From Nanobdellati archaeon (GTDB taxonomy: Archaea > Nanobdellota > Nanobdellia > CSSed11-243R1), in assembly GCA_027007025.1 (NCBI GenBank), contig JALTFL010000005.1:44911-108910 (forward strand): DNA of 64,000 bases, given 5' to 3'. Below, piece by piece: positions 54,211 through 63,987 of this stretch. A program made the translations under genes and the position numbers. The notes below the pieces were generated by a model. That model worked only from the letters and a program-made list of their open reading frames with translations. It did not search any database and had not been told where the DNA came from. Every line of letters starts with the position of its first letter. Position 1 is the first letter of the stretch.

Positions 54211-54639
54211 TTAATCACCCAACTTCTTTTCCAATTCGTTTAACTCCCACATTATTTCATCTGTTTCCTTTGCTATCTTCTTCTTTCTATATCTGTTATA
54301 CAAAATATCTGCTGCACCCATCGTAGATATCATTGCAATACCAGAGCTTCCACTAGGATGAGATCCAATAATATCATTGAGGATATAATAAATTGGATAC
54401 AAAAAAGTAGCTGACCATCTAAGATACTCTGAAAAACCATCAATTCTTATAATGGGTGATAAAATATCATCCATTATACGATCAGCTGTATTTAGTAAAA
54501 CAGTTTGGTTATCATCTGGAGATTTTTCTTCTGACTTATGACGAAGTCCACCCCATTTCTTTGTTAATTTGTAAACATTAGAAGGATAATCCCGTGGAGG
54601 ATTATCCTCGCCTTTATTTTTTCTTTTGTAGAACACCAC
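54211..54639 (-). CDS. hypothetical protein, last gene of the five-gene operon
   Basis: 142 aa. It starts 4 nt after the stop of the upstream gene. Confidence 0.45.
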   Translation of the reverse strand: MVFYKRKNKGEDNPPRDYPSNVYKLTKKWGGLRHKSEEKSPDDNQTVLLNTADRIMDDILSPIIRIDGFSEYLRWSATFLYPIYYILNDIIGSHPSGSSGIAMISTMGAADILYNRYRKKKIAKETDEIMWELNELEKKLGD

Positions 54640-54642
54640 TCA

Positions 54643-56052
54643 TCACCCATTAATCACTCTCGACAAATCCGGCTCGAACATTTCTGCTATCTCTGGGTAT
54701 TCCTTCAAGTCAAAAACTTCTATGCGATTGCCACGAAGACTATGCACATCACCATAACTATACTTTGATTCATCAACGTAAACAGCCCCAATTGCTGTAG
54801 AGATATCCTCACTTTTATCAATAATTTCTGCACCTGCAAGAGGTTCTGTTTTTCCCATAGCAACTTCAACGGCATTTCTCACATATCCGAGATGTCCATC
54901 TGTCCAGCCGTACTGAAGTACTTCCGGCTCTCCTTCGGGAGACACATAAACCGTAAAGAAATTTCCGTATGTCTGCGAAATTATTTTGCTTCCATCTTTG
55001 AGTTTCAATTCTTCCATACGTGCTTCTATTCCATCATCAAATCCATATGCGCCATGTATATCACCTGGCGACAATTCGACACCTTTCTCTCTCGCATATT
55101 CTGCCACCGCTTCCTTAATTTCTGGAGTTAGCATTTCTTCAAGCTTGCTTCTGTGCGGCTCTGGAATTCCAAGATGTGTCGCCACTAATTTTCCACTAAT
55201 ACTAAAATCATCACCACGATATAACCCCAGATTAACATCTGCGTAAGAGTCATTATTCATTCTATTAAACTCTGTCGTCAATTCTCCATCCGGCGTTACA
55301 TAAATTATCTTGCCATCTTTAAGAAGCCCCAATGTGTATAAATTTCCACTTGGAGACACCATATTATACAATCTATTTTCAATACTATTCTCAATACCAT
55401 AGGATGCCTTAATTGTTTGTAAGAGTTTGAATATATCATGCGATAACTTATCTTCAAATGCTCCGCCGAAGTCGCGGAGTATATTTCTACCTGTCTTTTT
55501 CATTTTGTCGATTACCGAGCCGCCTCTAAAGTAGTAGAATTCTTCAAGTTTTAATCCGTTTTTCTTTATGAAATCTAAGCTAACTCTTTTGGTATCCATA
55601 TAAGATTCCACTGCGTTTACCATTGGTGTAATTCCTTTAGAGTCCATATCTAATATGGTCGAGCCAATACCTCCATCTACAGTCATATTGCCAATATATG
55701 AGTCAAGAAATACCTTGCGTGGTGCTAATGCGAACGGCTTTTCACAAGAATAAACACTTCCTTTTTTTCCTACTTCTGCCCATACGCTGCTGTTTTCTAG
55801 ATGATGTGGTGTGTTTGTTGAGTCAAAAACAAGATTTGCATCCCTAAAATGTGGTAATACTTTGTTTGATTTTCCAACAACTAATTCTGCTTCTGGAAAA
55901 ATGTCTTTAACCCCGTCGAGTTTTTTCTTGTCTACATCAACTATCCCAATAACATCTATTGGGTAATCTTCTTTATCTCGCAAATGAGCGAGTTTATCCA
56001 AATTCTTTTTACCTTGTTGTCCAACTCCAAGTTGAACGACTTTAGTTACCAT
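54643..56052 (-). CDS. Gfo/Idh/MocA-like NAD(P)-dependent oxidoreductase with extended C-terminal domain
   Basis: N-terminal Rossmann VVQLGVGQQG, the CEKPFA (EKP) motif, and GGAFEDKLSHDIFKLL (D..H motif). Confidence 0.6.
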   Translation of the reverse strand: MVTKVVQLGVGQQGKKNLDKLAHLRDKEDYPIDVIGIVDVDKKKLDGVKDIFPEAELVVGKSNKVLPHFRDANLVFDSTNTPHHLENSSVWAEVGKKGSVYSCEKPFALAPRKVFLDSYIGNMTVDGGIGSTILDMDSKGITPMVNAVESYMDTKRVSLDFIKKNGLKLEEFYYFRGGSVIDKMKKTGRNILRDFGGAFEDKLSHDIFKLLQTIKASYGIENSIENRLYNMVSPSGNLYTLGLLKDGKIIYVTPDGELTTEFNRMNNDSYADVNLGLYRGDDFSISGKLVATHLGIPEPHRSKLEEMLTPEIKEAVAEYAREKGVELSPGDIHGAYGFDDGIEARMEELKLKDGSKIISQTYGNFFTVYVSPEGEPEVLQYGWTDGHLGYVRNAVEVAMGKTEPLAGAEIIDKSEDISTAIGAVYVDESKYSYGDVHSLRGNRIEVFDLKEYPEIAEMFEPDLSRVING

Positions 56053-56053
56053 T

Positions 56054-56836
56054 TTATTTCACCCCCAAGTTATTTTGTTTTTCAATCTTTTGATATTGTG
56101 CGAGTCCGAGCCCGCCGGAAACTTCATAGACGGCGCCTGTCACAAAACCGAAATAGTCGCTGGCGAGAGCTGCAGCAACATGGGCTACATCTTCCGGCTC
56201 GCCTATTCTTCCAAGAGGAGTCGCAGAAACAATTGTGTTTCTTATATCTTCTTTGTGTACTTCTTCTATCGTCTGCGGCGTGCGAACATATCCAGGAGCC
56301 ACTGCATTTATGCGAATCCCTTTTTCCCCAAGATCCAAAGATGCCGTTCTAACATACTGTATGAGTGCGGCCTTCGTCATATCATACGCTTCCATAGAAT
56401 GCTCGCTCCTGTATCCATTAATGCTGCTTACAACTATTATGGATGATGGATGATGTTCCTTACGAGCAAGAATGTCAACGCTACTCATAAAAGGAAGTAC
56501 ATTTAACTCAAACAATTTCCTGTATATTCTCTGATTGTCTTCTCCAACAGGTGTGGGCTCTCCAACGCCCGCCGAATACGCAAAAACATCAAAATCGCCT
56601 TTTTCCAGAAAATTAAGGTATTCTTCTTTTGTAACATCCAATTGATTGTAGTGGATTTTATCAGCGTCAATTTCTATGCCAAATTCACTCCACACGTTCA
56701 CCAGTTCCTCAAGCGGTTTTTTATCAACCACTGTAACATCCATATCATTTTTCCAAAGCTCACTGGCTATTGCTCCGCCGATACCGCCGACGCCAACAAC
56801 AAGTGCATTTTTACCTTCTAAATCTTCAAATACCAT
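56054..56836 (-). CDS. short-chain dehydrogenase/reductase (SDR)
   Basis: VVGVGGIGGAI cofactor motif, the catalytic pattern SS...YDMTKAA, and PGYVRTP. Confidence 0.85.
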   Translation of the reverse strand: MVFEDLEGKNALVVGVGGIGGAIASELWKNDMDVTVVDKKPLEELVNVWSEFGIEIDADKIHYNQLDVTKEEYLNFLEKGDFDVFAYSAGVGEPTPVGEDNQRIYRKLFELNVLPFMSSVDILARKEHHPSSIIVVSSINGYRSEHSMEAYDMTKAALIQYVRTASLDLGEKGIRINAVAPGYVRTPQTIEEVHKEDIRNTIVSATPLGRIGEPEDVAHVAAALASDYFGFVTGAVYEVSGGLGLAQYQKIEKQNNLGVK

Positions 56837-56837
56837 T

Positions 56838-57941
56838 TTATTTACCCCCTTTAGCTAAATAGCTTGTGATTGTAAGCAGATAATCTACCGCGCTTATAAT
56901 CGGAACGTGGGGGATGTTATTTTCTTCGCAATATTTATGTGCTGGAGTACCATATTGTGCAAAAAATATTGTGTTTCTTCCTTTGAAAACATCTCCCGGC
57001 TTGTCTCCGATATGAGTTATGGCAAAGTCTTCATCGCCAAAAATTTCATTCCCCAAAATGTTCGCGGTTGTTTCCTTTGTTGGAGATTTTCCGTCCCCAA
57101 TATATATGATGTCTGCATTGTAATCTGGATTCACATCTATCTTCCAGCTTTCGGGCACGCTTTCCTCAAAGAAATTAACCATATCATCAAGAGTGAAGCT
57201 TTTATTTTCTTTATCATCCCTCTTAAAGTATAATTTACCATTTTCTTCTCTCAACCTGATTGACTGGAGAGGATATTCTTTTCTCATAACTTCATCAAGC
57301 AAAGCAATACCTTCAGGTTCAAATTCAACATATTCTCCATCAAATCCAAAAAGGTTATTGTTATCCCTTTCTTTGATTGCATTATAAATGTCTCTTGTAG
57401 GAACATTGCTTCCCTTGACAAGAAAATGATTTCGTATATCTCCTCTTTCTGGAGCGTCGCCCTCGATGTATATACATCCGACTCTTTTAGAGAAATTTCC
57501 TTGAAACGCTATTTTCAGATTTTCCTCCGCCGCATTTTCGATAACATTCCTTATCATACCATAATAAATATCTTCCGCAATTGGATTTACCTCATTAACC
57601 TTGTTATCCTTCAGATATACTGCACCGTCTTCGCCAATTAGATTAATCGAATTATCCCCTAACCGCTTATCTCTAAAGTTTATAAGCGTGGACAAGTCCC
57701 ATCCCGAATTTATTGCAATGGGTATATATTCCTGAACGCGACTCTCAAGAAAATGAAGAGATGTTGCAACACCCCACCACGGAAAGAAACCCGCATCTAT
57801 CAGTCTTGTAAGAGGTCCCTGAACATCCATGGATATCATTAAATTTTTTGCGCCTATTGATTTTAATTGTCTCTCAAACTGTTCTCTCTTTTCATCAATG
57901 TACCAGGAGGTATAACCAAGGGCTTCTATTATTTTATCCAT
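56838..57941 (-). CDS. hypothetical protein, possibly divergent HAD-IIB-like
   Basis: MISMDVQGPLT resembles motif I (DxDGT) with Q in place of the second Asp. HIGDKPGD resembles motif IV. This is a weak call. Confidence 0.45.
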   Translation of the reverse strand: MDKIIEALGYTSWYIDEKREQFERQLKSIGAKNLMISMDVQGPLTRLIDAGFFPWWGVATSLHFLESRVQEYIPIAINSGWDLSTLINFRDKRLGDNSINLIGEDGAVYLKDNKVNEVNPIAEDIYYGMIRNVIENAAEENLKIAFQGNFSKRVGCIYIEGDAPERGDIRNHFLVKGSNVPTRDIYNAIKERDNNNLFGFDGEYVEFEPEGIALLDEVMRKEYPLQSIRLREENGKLYFKRDDKENKSFTLDDMVNFFEESVPESWKIDVNPDYNADIIYIGDGKSPTKETTANILGNEIFGDEDFAITHIGDKPGDVFKGRNTIFFAQYGTPAHKYCEENNIPHVPIISAVDYLLTITSYLAKGGK

Positions 57942-59559
57942 TTATATCACCTATATCTGAAACCAAATGTGGTACTTTTTCGATATCAGAAAGATTTCTG
58001 ACTAGAAATCCACGAGTCCCACATTCCTGAACTGCTGGATTTAAATCTCTCTCGTAAGAATCTCCTACAACCAAAACTTCTTCTGGCTTTAGCCCTAGCT
58101 TTTCAATTGCCAAATCAAAGAACTTTCTTGATGGTTTCATGCTGCCAACATCGTCAGAGGTTACAACAACCTCAAAATATCTTTTCCAATTCGGAATGGC
58201 TCTTCCAAGTTTCATTTCAAGAATATCTCTATATTCGTCGCTTGAAATTGCTAGCTTGTACCCATCTTTTTTTAGTTTTTCAACTACATCACTTAAATTA
58301 TAATGAAATTCGAGACTGTTTAACAGATTATCCCAAAAAATTTGGGTTCCTTTGGAAACAACTTCCTCAGGGACAACATCTAAAAACTCTTGCAATGTAT
58401 CACTAAGAACATTTTCAATGCGTCTTGCATTTAAGTCTTTATACTGCTTATGTGCATTATAATTTTTAATCCATGCTGGAATTAACTTTTTCTTAGGAAC
58501 TCCAACTTCCCCTTCTATGTAATTAAGCATCGCAGTGTATGCCCATTCTTTATTATGCTCATAAAGAGTATGGTCTGCATCAAAAATGATTCCTTTTACT
58601 TTATTTCCATAAACTAAGTCAAGAATCTTCTTGACTACCTTTGAAGAATCGTACTCTATCCCACCACTATCTTTTAGTAAATCCGCACTGATAAATTTTT
58701 CAGGCAAATTTTTACTGAATGGAACAATCTCTCTAACAAGAGGTTCCTCATGCATATAGGATTGTATTCTGCTTTCATCAGGGAGTGTATTATTATATAG
58801 AATATATAGTTCACTGCCAATATACTTTTCAACTTCATCTGCAAAATCTTCCACAGTGAATCCGTTTGTTTCCCCAAATTTAGTCATAGCTGGGCATATA
58901 AAAATCTTCTTTGCCTTTGACTTCTTAATTGCCTCTGCGATTCCATCATGTAAAAAATTCGGTAGAATGGATGAATATAAATCCCCAGGTCCTATTAGTA
59001 TAACATCTGCATCTTTAATTTCTTTTATTACTGAAGGGTATGCTTTTGATTGAGGATTTACAAAAATTCTACTTATCTTTAAGTTTCCATCATGTTTTTT
59101 TGGAACATCAATTTCATCCTCACCTTTGATTATTTCCCCATTTTCAAGCTCAGCATAAAGCATTGTTTTGCTTATCGTTGCGGGTAAGCATTTTCCTCTA
59201 ACTTCCATAAAATTATGAAGAAATGAGAGCACATCTTTATAGTCATCTGTTGTTTTTTCAAGCCCAGCAATTAGTATATTCGCAAAATTATGTCCTTTAT
59301 GCCCCCCTTCAAAAACAAGATAATTTGCAAATCTAAATTTCCATAGCTTTTTCTTCCACTCTTCCGCATCCGATAATGCAAATATGTGCCTTTTAATATC
59401 TCCAGGGGGTAAAATATCCAATTCTCTCCTTAGAGCGCCAGTGCTTCCCCCATTATCAACCATAGATGTAACACTCACTATATCAACGCCATAATTTTTC
59501 AATTCGCTTAATACAACGTTTGGCATTGCGTTTCCACCACCAAAACACACGAACTTCAT
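57934..59559 (-). CDS. CofD/YvcK-family (UPF0052) domain fused to C-terminal HAD hydrolase domain
   Basis: N-terminus FGGGNAMPNVVL...VTSMVDNGGSTGALRRE. C-terminus IIFDADHTLYEH ... MKPSRKFF ... VGDSYERD. Confidence 0.75.
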   Translation of the reverse strand: MKFVCFGGGNAMPNVVLSELKNYGVDIVSVTSMVDNGGSTGALRRELDILPPGDIKRHIFALSDAEEWKKKLWKFRFANYLVFEGGHKGHNFANILIAGLEKTTDDYKDVLSFLHNFMEVRGKCLPATISKTMLYAELENGEIIKGEDEIDVPKKHDGNLKISRIFVNPQSKAYPSVIKEIKDADVILIGPGDLYSSILPNFLHDGIAEAIKKSKAKKIFICPAMTKFGETNGFTVEDFADEVEKYIGSELYILYNNTLPDESRIQSYMHEEPLVREIVPFSKNLPEKFISADLLKDSGGIEYDSSKVVKKILDLVYGNKVKGIIFDADHTLYEHNKEWAYTAMLNYIEGEVGVPKKKLIPAWIKNYNAHKQYKDLNARRIENVLSDTLQEFLDVVPEEVVSKGTQIFWDNLLNSLEFHYNLSDVVEKLKKDGYKLAISSDEYRDILEMKLGRAIPNWKRYFEVVVTSDDVGSMKPSRKFFDLAIEKLGLKPEEVLVVGDSYERDLNPAVQECGTRGFLVRNLSDIEKVPHLVSDIGDING

Positions 59560-59648
59560 ATGATATCACCTTATTATACTACTTTGAAGTAATGATTAAT
59601 AACAACCAGTGATTTATATACCTTTTTGATAAATTTTTATTAAAATTA

Positions 59649-59667
59649 TTTTTATAATTTATAAAAA
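59649..59667. promoter_or_regulatory. perfect 9+1+9 palindrome TTTTTATAA-T-TTATAAAAA in a divergent promoter region
   Basis: It lies in the 140-nt AT-rich spacer between the five-gene operon and the wHTH regulator gene. It could be an operator, overlapping TATA boxes, or chance. Confidence 0.25.
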
Positions 59668-59699
59668 ACTTTATAAATAATCAGTAGCTAAGATAAAAT

Positions 59700-60602
59700 A
59701 TGAAATATATATATGATATCAAAAGTAAAATTGCAATACCTACAGAAGTTTTAAAGGATAAGAACGCCATAAAAGTGCTTACTCATCCTATACGTTGGAA
59801 AATACTTGAAATCCTGTCAGAAAAACCGATGTATCCCCTCAAAATTGCAAAATCTTTAAAATTACACGAGCAGAAGATATATTATCATCTACGTCTGTTA
59901 GAGAAAAATAACTTTGTAGAAAGAAAAAAAACGGATGAAGGTGTAATAACATATTATACTACAAAACCTGTTGCATATTCTATAATACCCAAATGGGTAA
60001 AAACAAAATTAAAGGAAATAACAATTAATGCTTTTTTACCCCCACCTCATATTCTTGATGGATTTATTGAAGATGGTAAAATTAATTGCAAGATTGTAGC
60101 TGGAAGTACAATTCCACACGGAAAGTTGAAAAGAATAAGTCGTTCTTCTTATATAGTTGGTGAAATTGCAGTGGCTCTTGGAAGATTTGGTTCAAGCGAG
60201 GAACAATTAGTTTATACAGATATGAACCTTGACACAAAAAAAGGCAACTTAATTGTCATTTCAGGAATGCATGTTAATACACTACAGGCTGAACTAAACA
60301 AATACTTACCAATTAAATTCGATAAATCAGGAAATAAAATAATATCAACAATTTCAAAAGAGGAGTATAGCGAACCAAATACTGGATTTATCTGTAGGAT
60401 AAAAAATCCTTTTGACAAAACAAAAAGTGTTATTGTGCTTGCGGGATTAGAATCCTCTGGAACAAAAGCAGCAGTTTATGCCTTCAAAAAGTATCTCCCA
60501 AAGATAAGTAAAGGAAATATGTATAATAGGAATGTAATGGCAAAAGTTGTGTACGGCGTCGAAAAGAACGGAAAAATAGAAAGTGTAGAATTCCTAGAGT
60601 AA
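59700..60602 (+). CDS. ArsR-like winged-helix regulator with large C-terminal domain
   Basis: VLTHPIRWKILEILSEKPMYPLKIAKSLKLHEQKIYYHLRLLEKNNFV. The C-terminal ~200 aa were not recognised. Confidence 0.6.
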   Translation: MKYIYDIKSKIAIPTEVLKDKNAIKVLTHPIRWKILEILSEKPMYPLKIAKSLKLHEQKIYYHLRLLEKNNFVERKKTDEGVITYYTTKPVAYSIIPKWVKTKLKEITINAFLPPPHILDGFIEDGKINCKIVAGSTIPHGKLKRISRSSYIVGEIAVALGRFGSSEEQLVYTDMNLDTKKGNLIVISGMHVNTLQAELNKYLPIKFDKSGNKIISTISKEEYSEPNTGFICRIKNPFDKTKSVIVLAGLESSGTKAAVYAFKKYLPKISKGNMYNRNVMAKVVYGVEKNGKIESVEFLE

Positions 60603-60630
60603 TTAAACTATAAATGAATAAAGAAAAAAA

Positions 60631-61551
60631 TTATGCCTTTTCGCGTATTTTTTTGATTTGGTCCTCAAGCTTCAGCTTTTCAAGGAGCTCTTTATACCTG
60701 TTTCTTATTGTAACCTCTGTGACTCCCGCCACGTCAGCTACATCCCTTTGGGTCTTTTTCTCTCCACAAAGCAAAGCGGCGACATAAAGTGCTGCTGCAG
60801 CTATCCCCATGGGACCCTTACCGCTTGTTATCTCAAGTTTATTTGCCTTTTTAATTATTTCAACTGCTCTTGAAACTGTTTTAGGCTTCAAATGCAGTTC
60901 AGAAGCGAATCTCTGCACATAATCCTGCGGGGAAGTTGGCAAAATCCTAATTCTTAATTCTCTGCATATGAATCTATATGTTTTTCCAATCTCCTTTTTG
61001 TCAAGAGGAAAAGCATTTGATATTTCATCAAGAGTTCTTGGAACACCATGCCTTCTGCATGATGCATAAAGAGCCCCCGCCACAACGGATTCCATGCTTC
61101 GTCCCCTAACTAGTCCTTTTTCTGCAGCCATTCTGTAAATCATAGCCGCATCTTCTTCTGCTATCTTTGGAACATCGAGAAAACTTGCGACTCTCTTTAA
61201 TTCTGCCAAAGCAAACTTCAAATTTCTTTCAATAGGTGTAGAAATCCTTGTCTGCCATTTTTTCATCCTATAATACATCCTTTTTTCAGATGGCGACATC
61301 TTTGACAAGTCCCCAGACTTGCCTATTTTAGTGGAAAGCCCCTTGTCATGTTTCGTATATGTCAAAGGCGAACCAACTCTCCTTTTTGATTCTCCTTGGT
61401 CAGAAAATTCTCTCCATTCCTGTGAAAAATCAATAACTTTATCTTCGATAACCAAACCACATTTTTTACAAATAACTTCCCCACGTTTTCTATCCCAATA
61501 CAAATCTTTAGAACCACAATTTGGACATTTGGTAATTTTACCAGATTTCAT
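60631..61551 (-). CDS. tfb: transcription initiation factor TFB
   Basis: N-terminal Zn ribbon CPNCGS...CKKCG, a B-finger region, and two cyclin repeats. Start moved to the ATG at 61551. Confidence 0.95.
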   Translation of the reverse strand: MKSGKITKCPNCGSKDLYWDRKRGEVICKKCGLVIEDKVIDFSQEWREFSDQGESKRRVGSPLTYTKHDKGLSTKIGKSGDLSKMSPSEKRMYYRMKKWQTRISTPIERNLKFALAELKRVASFLDVPKIAEEDAAMIYRMAAEKGLVRGRSMESVVAGALYASCRRHGVPRTLDEISNAFPLDKKEIGKTYRFICRELRIRILPTSPQDYVQRFASELHLKPKTVSRAVEIIKKANKLEITSGKGPMGIAAAALYVAALLCGEKKTQRDVADVAGVTEVTIRNRYKELLEKLKLEDQIKKIREKA

Positions 61552-61694
61552 AATACGCCCTCCCAAACGAAATATTTAAAAACTTTAGCCTAAATCGATT
61601 TATAAAGGTTTCTAATTTGATTAGTTATTTTAGAGGGGTAAAAATTTATATATCATCTCCTCTTTTTATCTTTGCAAAAAAAGGGGGCGAAAGC

Positions 61695-62588
61695 TTGAAA
61701 AATGAATTTCGTGAGATACAGGATCCATGTGTGAGGCCATATGCAACACTGGTTGGGAGTATATTTGGGGGCAAAATTGAAAACGCGATAAAAGACCCAA
61801 ATTCGGATAAAGAAATTGGAAGAATGTATAGCAAGATACATAAAGGTTTACTTAATGAAGGATATTCGCCAGAAAGGGCATCAGATATAGCAGATAAATT
61901 TGTCAACGCAACACAACATTATATCATAGAAAAAAACAACAATACCAAAAGGATAGAAGATTTCTTTGGAATCTCTAATGAAAGTGCGGCAATTATCTCA
62001 AATATGGGTTATACTACACCATATCACATTTTATATGACAAACCAAGCGGTATAAAAACAAAACTTGGAAGTATAGATGACAAAGAACTAAAAGTAATTC
62101 TTGCCAAAAGGGATAGTTACATTAAACACAAAGGGATAGAGATTAAAAAGAATGTTGAACAATTGGGTATGGCAAATTCAATTGAAGAATTTGTTGATTT
62201 ATACTCAACTTCGTTAGAAGAATTGTTGTACAATGACATGTTAAAAATATTTCCTGAAATAGGTGATGTAGTAAATTATTTTATGCAAGTTGCAGAGGAA
62301 GACAATTTGTACAAATTATCTCCAGTAACAGCGGTAGAAAGAGAAACCAGCATTAATAGAGATGTATTAGATGGATATATTGACAAAATGGATGAGATAG
62401 AATTTGAGATAAAAAAAGTCGCTGACGAAAATGAAATTCCAAAAGTTGACAGATTTATAGATTCGCTATTGACATATGCAAATTTAATAGCATATAAGTT
62501 TCCAACATGCTATGGTATAAAAAGAGAATTTAATAATATTCTAGATACATTATTAGACGCATTAGAAATTTATAGTGAAGGGAAATAA
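61695..62588 (+). CDS. hypothetical protein
   Basis: An in-frame TTG at 61695 is preceded by a GGGGG SD. The track start at 61617 is also a TTG. No motif recognised. Confidence 0.45.
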   Translation: MKNEFREIQDPCVRPYATLVGSIFGGKIENAIKDPNSDKEIGRMYSKIHKGLLNEGYSPERASDIADKFVNATQHYIIEKNNNTKRIEDFFGISNESAAIISNMGYTTPYHILYDKPSGIKTKLGSIDDKELKVILAKRDSYIKHKGIEIKKNVEQLGMANSIEEFVDLYSTSLEELLYNDMLKIFPEIGDVVNYFMQVAEEDNLYKLSPVTAVERETSINRDVLDGYIDKMDEIEFEIKKVADENEIPKVDRFIDSLLTYANLIAYKFPTCYGIKREFNNILDTLLDALEIYSEGK

Positions 62589-62601
62589 AAATTTTCTTTT
62601 A

Positions 62602-62766
62602 TTACTTTTTTTGCCAAGCATAACTCCTTAGCTTAGAGCTTTTTCCAAAACCACAATAGGAGCATACTTTTTTGGTAACGTGGTATGTGTGGTGACCACA
62701 TCTTCTACAAGTTATATGGGTCTTTCCCTTGCTGTGTTTTCCTCTAGATGGTGTTCCCTTACTCAT
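62602..62766 (-). CDS. rpl37e: 50S ribosomal protein L37e
   Basis: Hand-translated: [54 protein letters not shown]. Below the track cutoff. Confidence 0.9.
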   Translation of the reverse strand: MSKGTPSRGKHSKGKTHITCRRCGHHTYHVTKKVCSYCGFGKSSKLRSYAWQKK

Positions 62767-62776
62767 TTTTGCTACC

Positions 62777-63004
62777 TCACTCTGATGGTGCGATTAAAAT
62801 AATTGTGTCTCCCCTTAGGAATAGCTTACCAATCTTTCTTTTCGTTTCTCCGTTTTCCATTTCGTCTGCGTCATCCAATACACAGTTGATATGTATATCA
62901 AATGCGAGCAACTTACCGATAAATCGCTTTCCATTTTTAAGTTCAATCATTACTCTCTTGTCTTTTGATGCATTCAATAAATCCAAAGGTCTTGTTATTT
63001 CCAT
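62777..63004 (-). CDS. Sm-like archaeal protein (SmAP/LSm)
   Basis: Sm1 ([26 protein letters not shown]) and Sm2 ([11 protein letters not shown]) motifs. It lies upstream of L37e, as in many archaea. Confidence 0.9.
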   Translation of the reverse strand: MEITRPLDLLNASKDKRVMIELKNGKRFIGKLLAFDIHINCVLDDADEMENGETKRKIGKLFLRGDTIILIAPSE

Positions 63005-63128
63005 TTTTTAACCACTCCTAACTGTTAATAACAAACATAACACACTATTATTGCCTTTTAAACTTTTCTCTTTGCAAACTTGTCAAAAAGATTTAAATAT
63101 CCCAAAGTTATATTACTACTACTACTAT

Positions 63129-63554
63129 ATGGAAGCGACTGTTAAACAAATTAAGGAATATTCAAATGGAATATTAAGATATCCATGTCATTTGGTTGAA
63201 TTAGCACTAGATAATGTAGAAGATTCGGGTATTGATGAAGTTATAACCGAATTAACAAGAGGTGTGTTCAAAAAAGTTGACAAGATGGACACTGAAAGTG
63301 AAAAGATAATAGATATTTATGGAACAACATTCCCTCTTATAGGTACAGAATACACATTTAGGATAAGACAAAATATTCCAAATGGAAATGCAGAAGTGAT
63401 ACTAAAAGGCCCTGATGGAGTTGTCCATGAAGCGATGTCTACCATTGAACGATATGTTGAAGTAGATAATAAATTCAAAAATGCAATGGATAAATTGGCA
63501 TATAATTTCTACAACGAAGAAGAATTATTAATGTTGGGATATATGATTAATTAA
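63129..63554 (+). CDS. hypothetical protein
   Basis: Start moved to the ATG at 63129 (MEATVKQ). No motif recognised. Confidence 0.4.
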   Translation: MEATVKQIKEYSNGILRYPCHLVELALDNVEDSGIDEVITELTRGVFKKVDKMDTESEKIIDIYGTTFPLIGTEYTFRIRQNIPNGNAEVILKGPDGVVHEAMSTIERYVEVDNKFKNAMDKLAYNFYNEEELLMLGYMIN

Positions 63555-63603
63555 TATTTCCTATAGAGTAAAGTTTAAAAAGGGATTTCTTGTTGTGATA
63601 GGC

Positions 63604-63987
63604 ATGGTTATTTGGCACGCAGAAAGAAAAAGAAAAGTAAGTGGTAGCAAATATCAAAAGCTAAGGGATAAAAGAAAACGAGAACTCGGAAGAAATCCGG
63701 CGCACACGAAGCTTGACGAAAGAAGAAAAGTTGTAAAAGTGCGGACGCAAGGAGCCAATGAAAAAATAAAGCTTCTCAGAACAAATATAGCCAATGTTTT
63801 TAATCCAAAAGACAATAAATATCAAAAATTGAAAATAACAAAAATTCTTGAAAATAATGCAAACAGGCACTTCGCAAGAAGAGGTATAATAACAAAAGGG
63901 GCTATAATAGAAACAAAAGCAGGAAAAGCAAAAGTAACCAACAAGCCCGGACAAGAAGGCACAATTAATGCTGTTTTGATTTCTTAA
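63604..63987 (+). CDS. rps8e: 30S ribosomal protein S8e
   Basis: MVIWHAERKRKVSGSKY...NANRHFARRGIITKGAIIET. Confidence 0.9.
   Translation: MVIWHAERKRKVSGSKYQKLRDKRKRELGRNPAHTKLDERRKVVKVRTQGANEKIKLLRTNIANVFNPKDNKYQKLKITKILENNANRHFARRGIITKGAIIETKAGKAKVTNKPGQEGTINAVLIS

Noticed and set aside
63114-63125. (TAC)4 microsatellite giving a YYYYYY run in the track ORF 63051-63554.
   Set aside because: It is short and lies upstream of the likely real ATG (63129) in a promoter region. There is no evidence of function.
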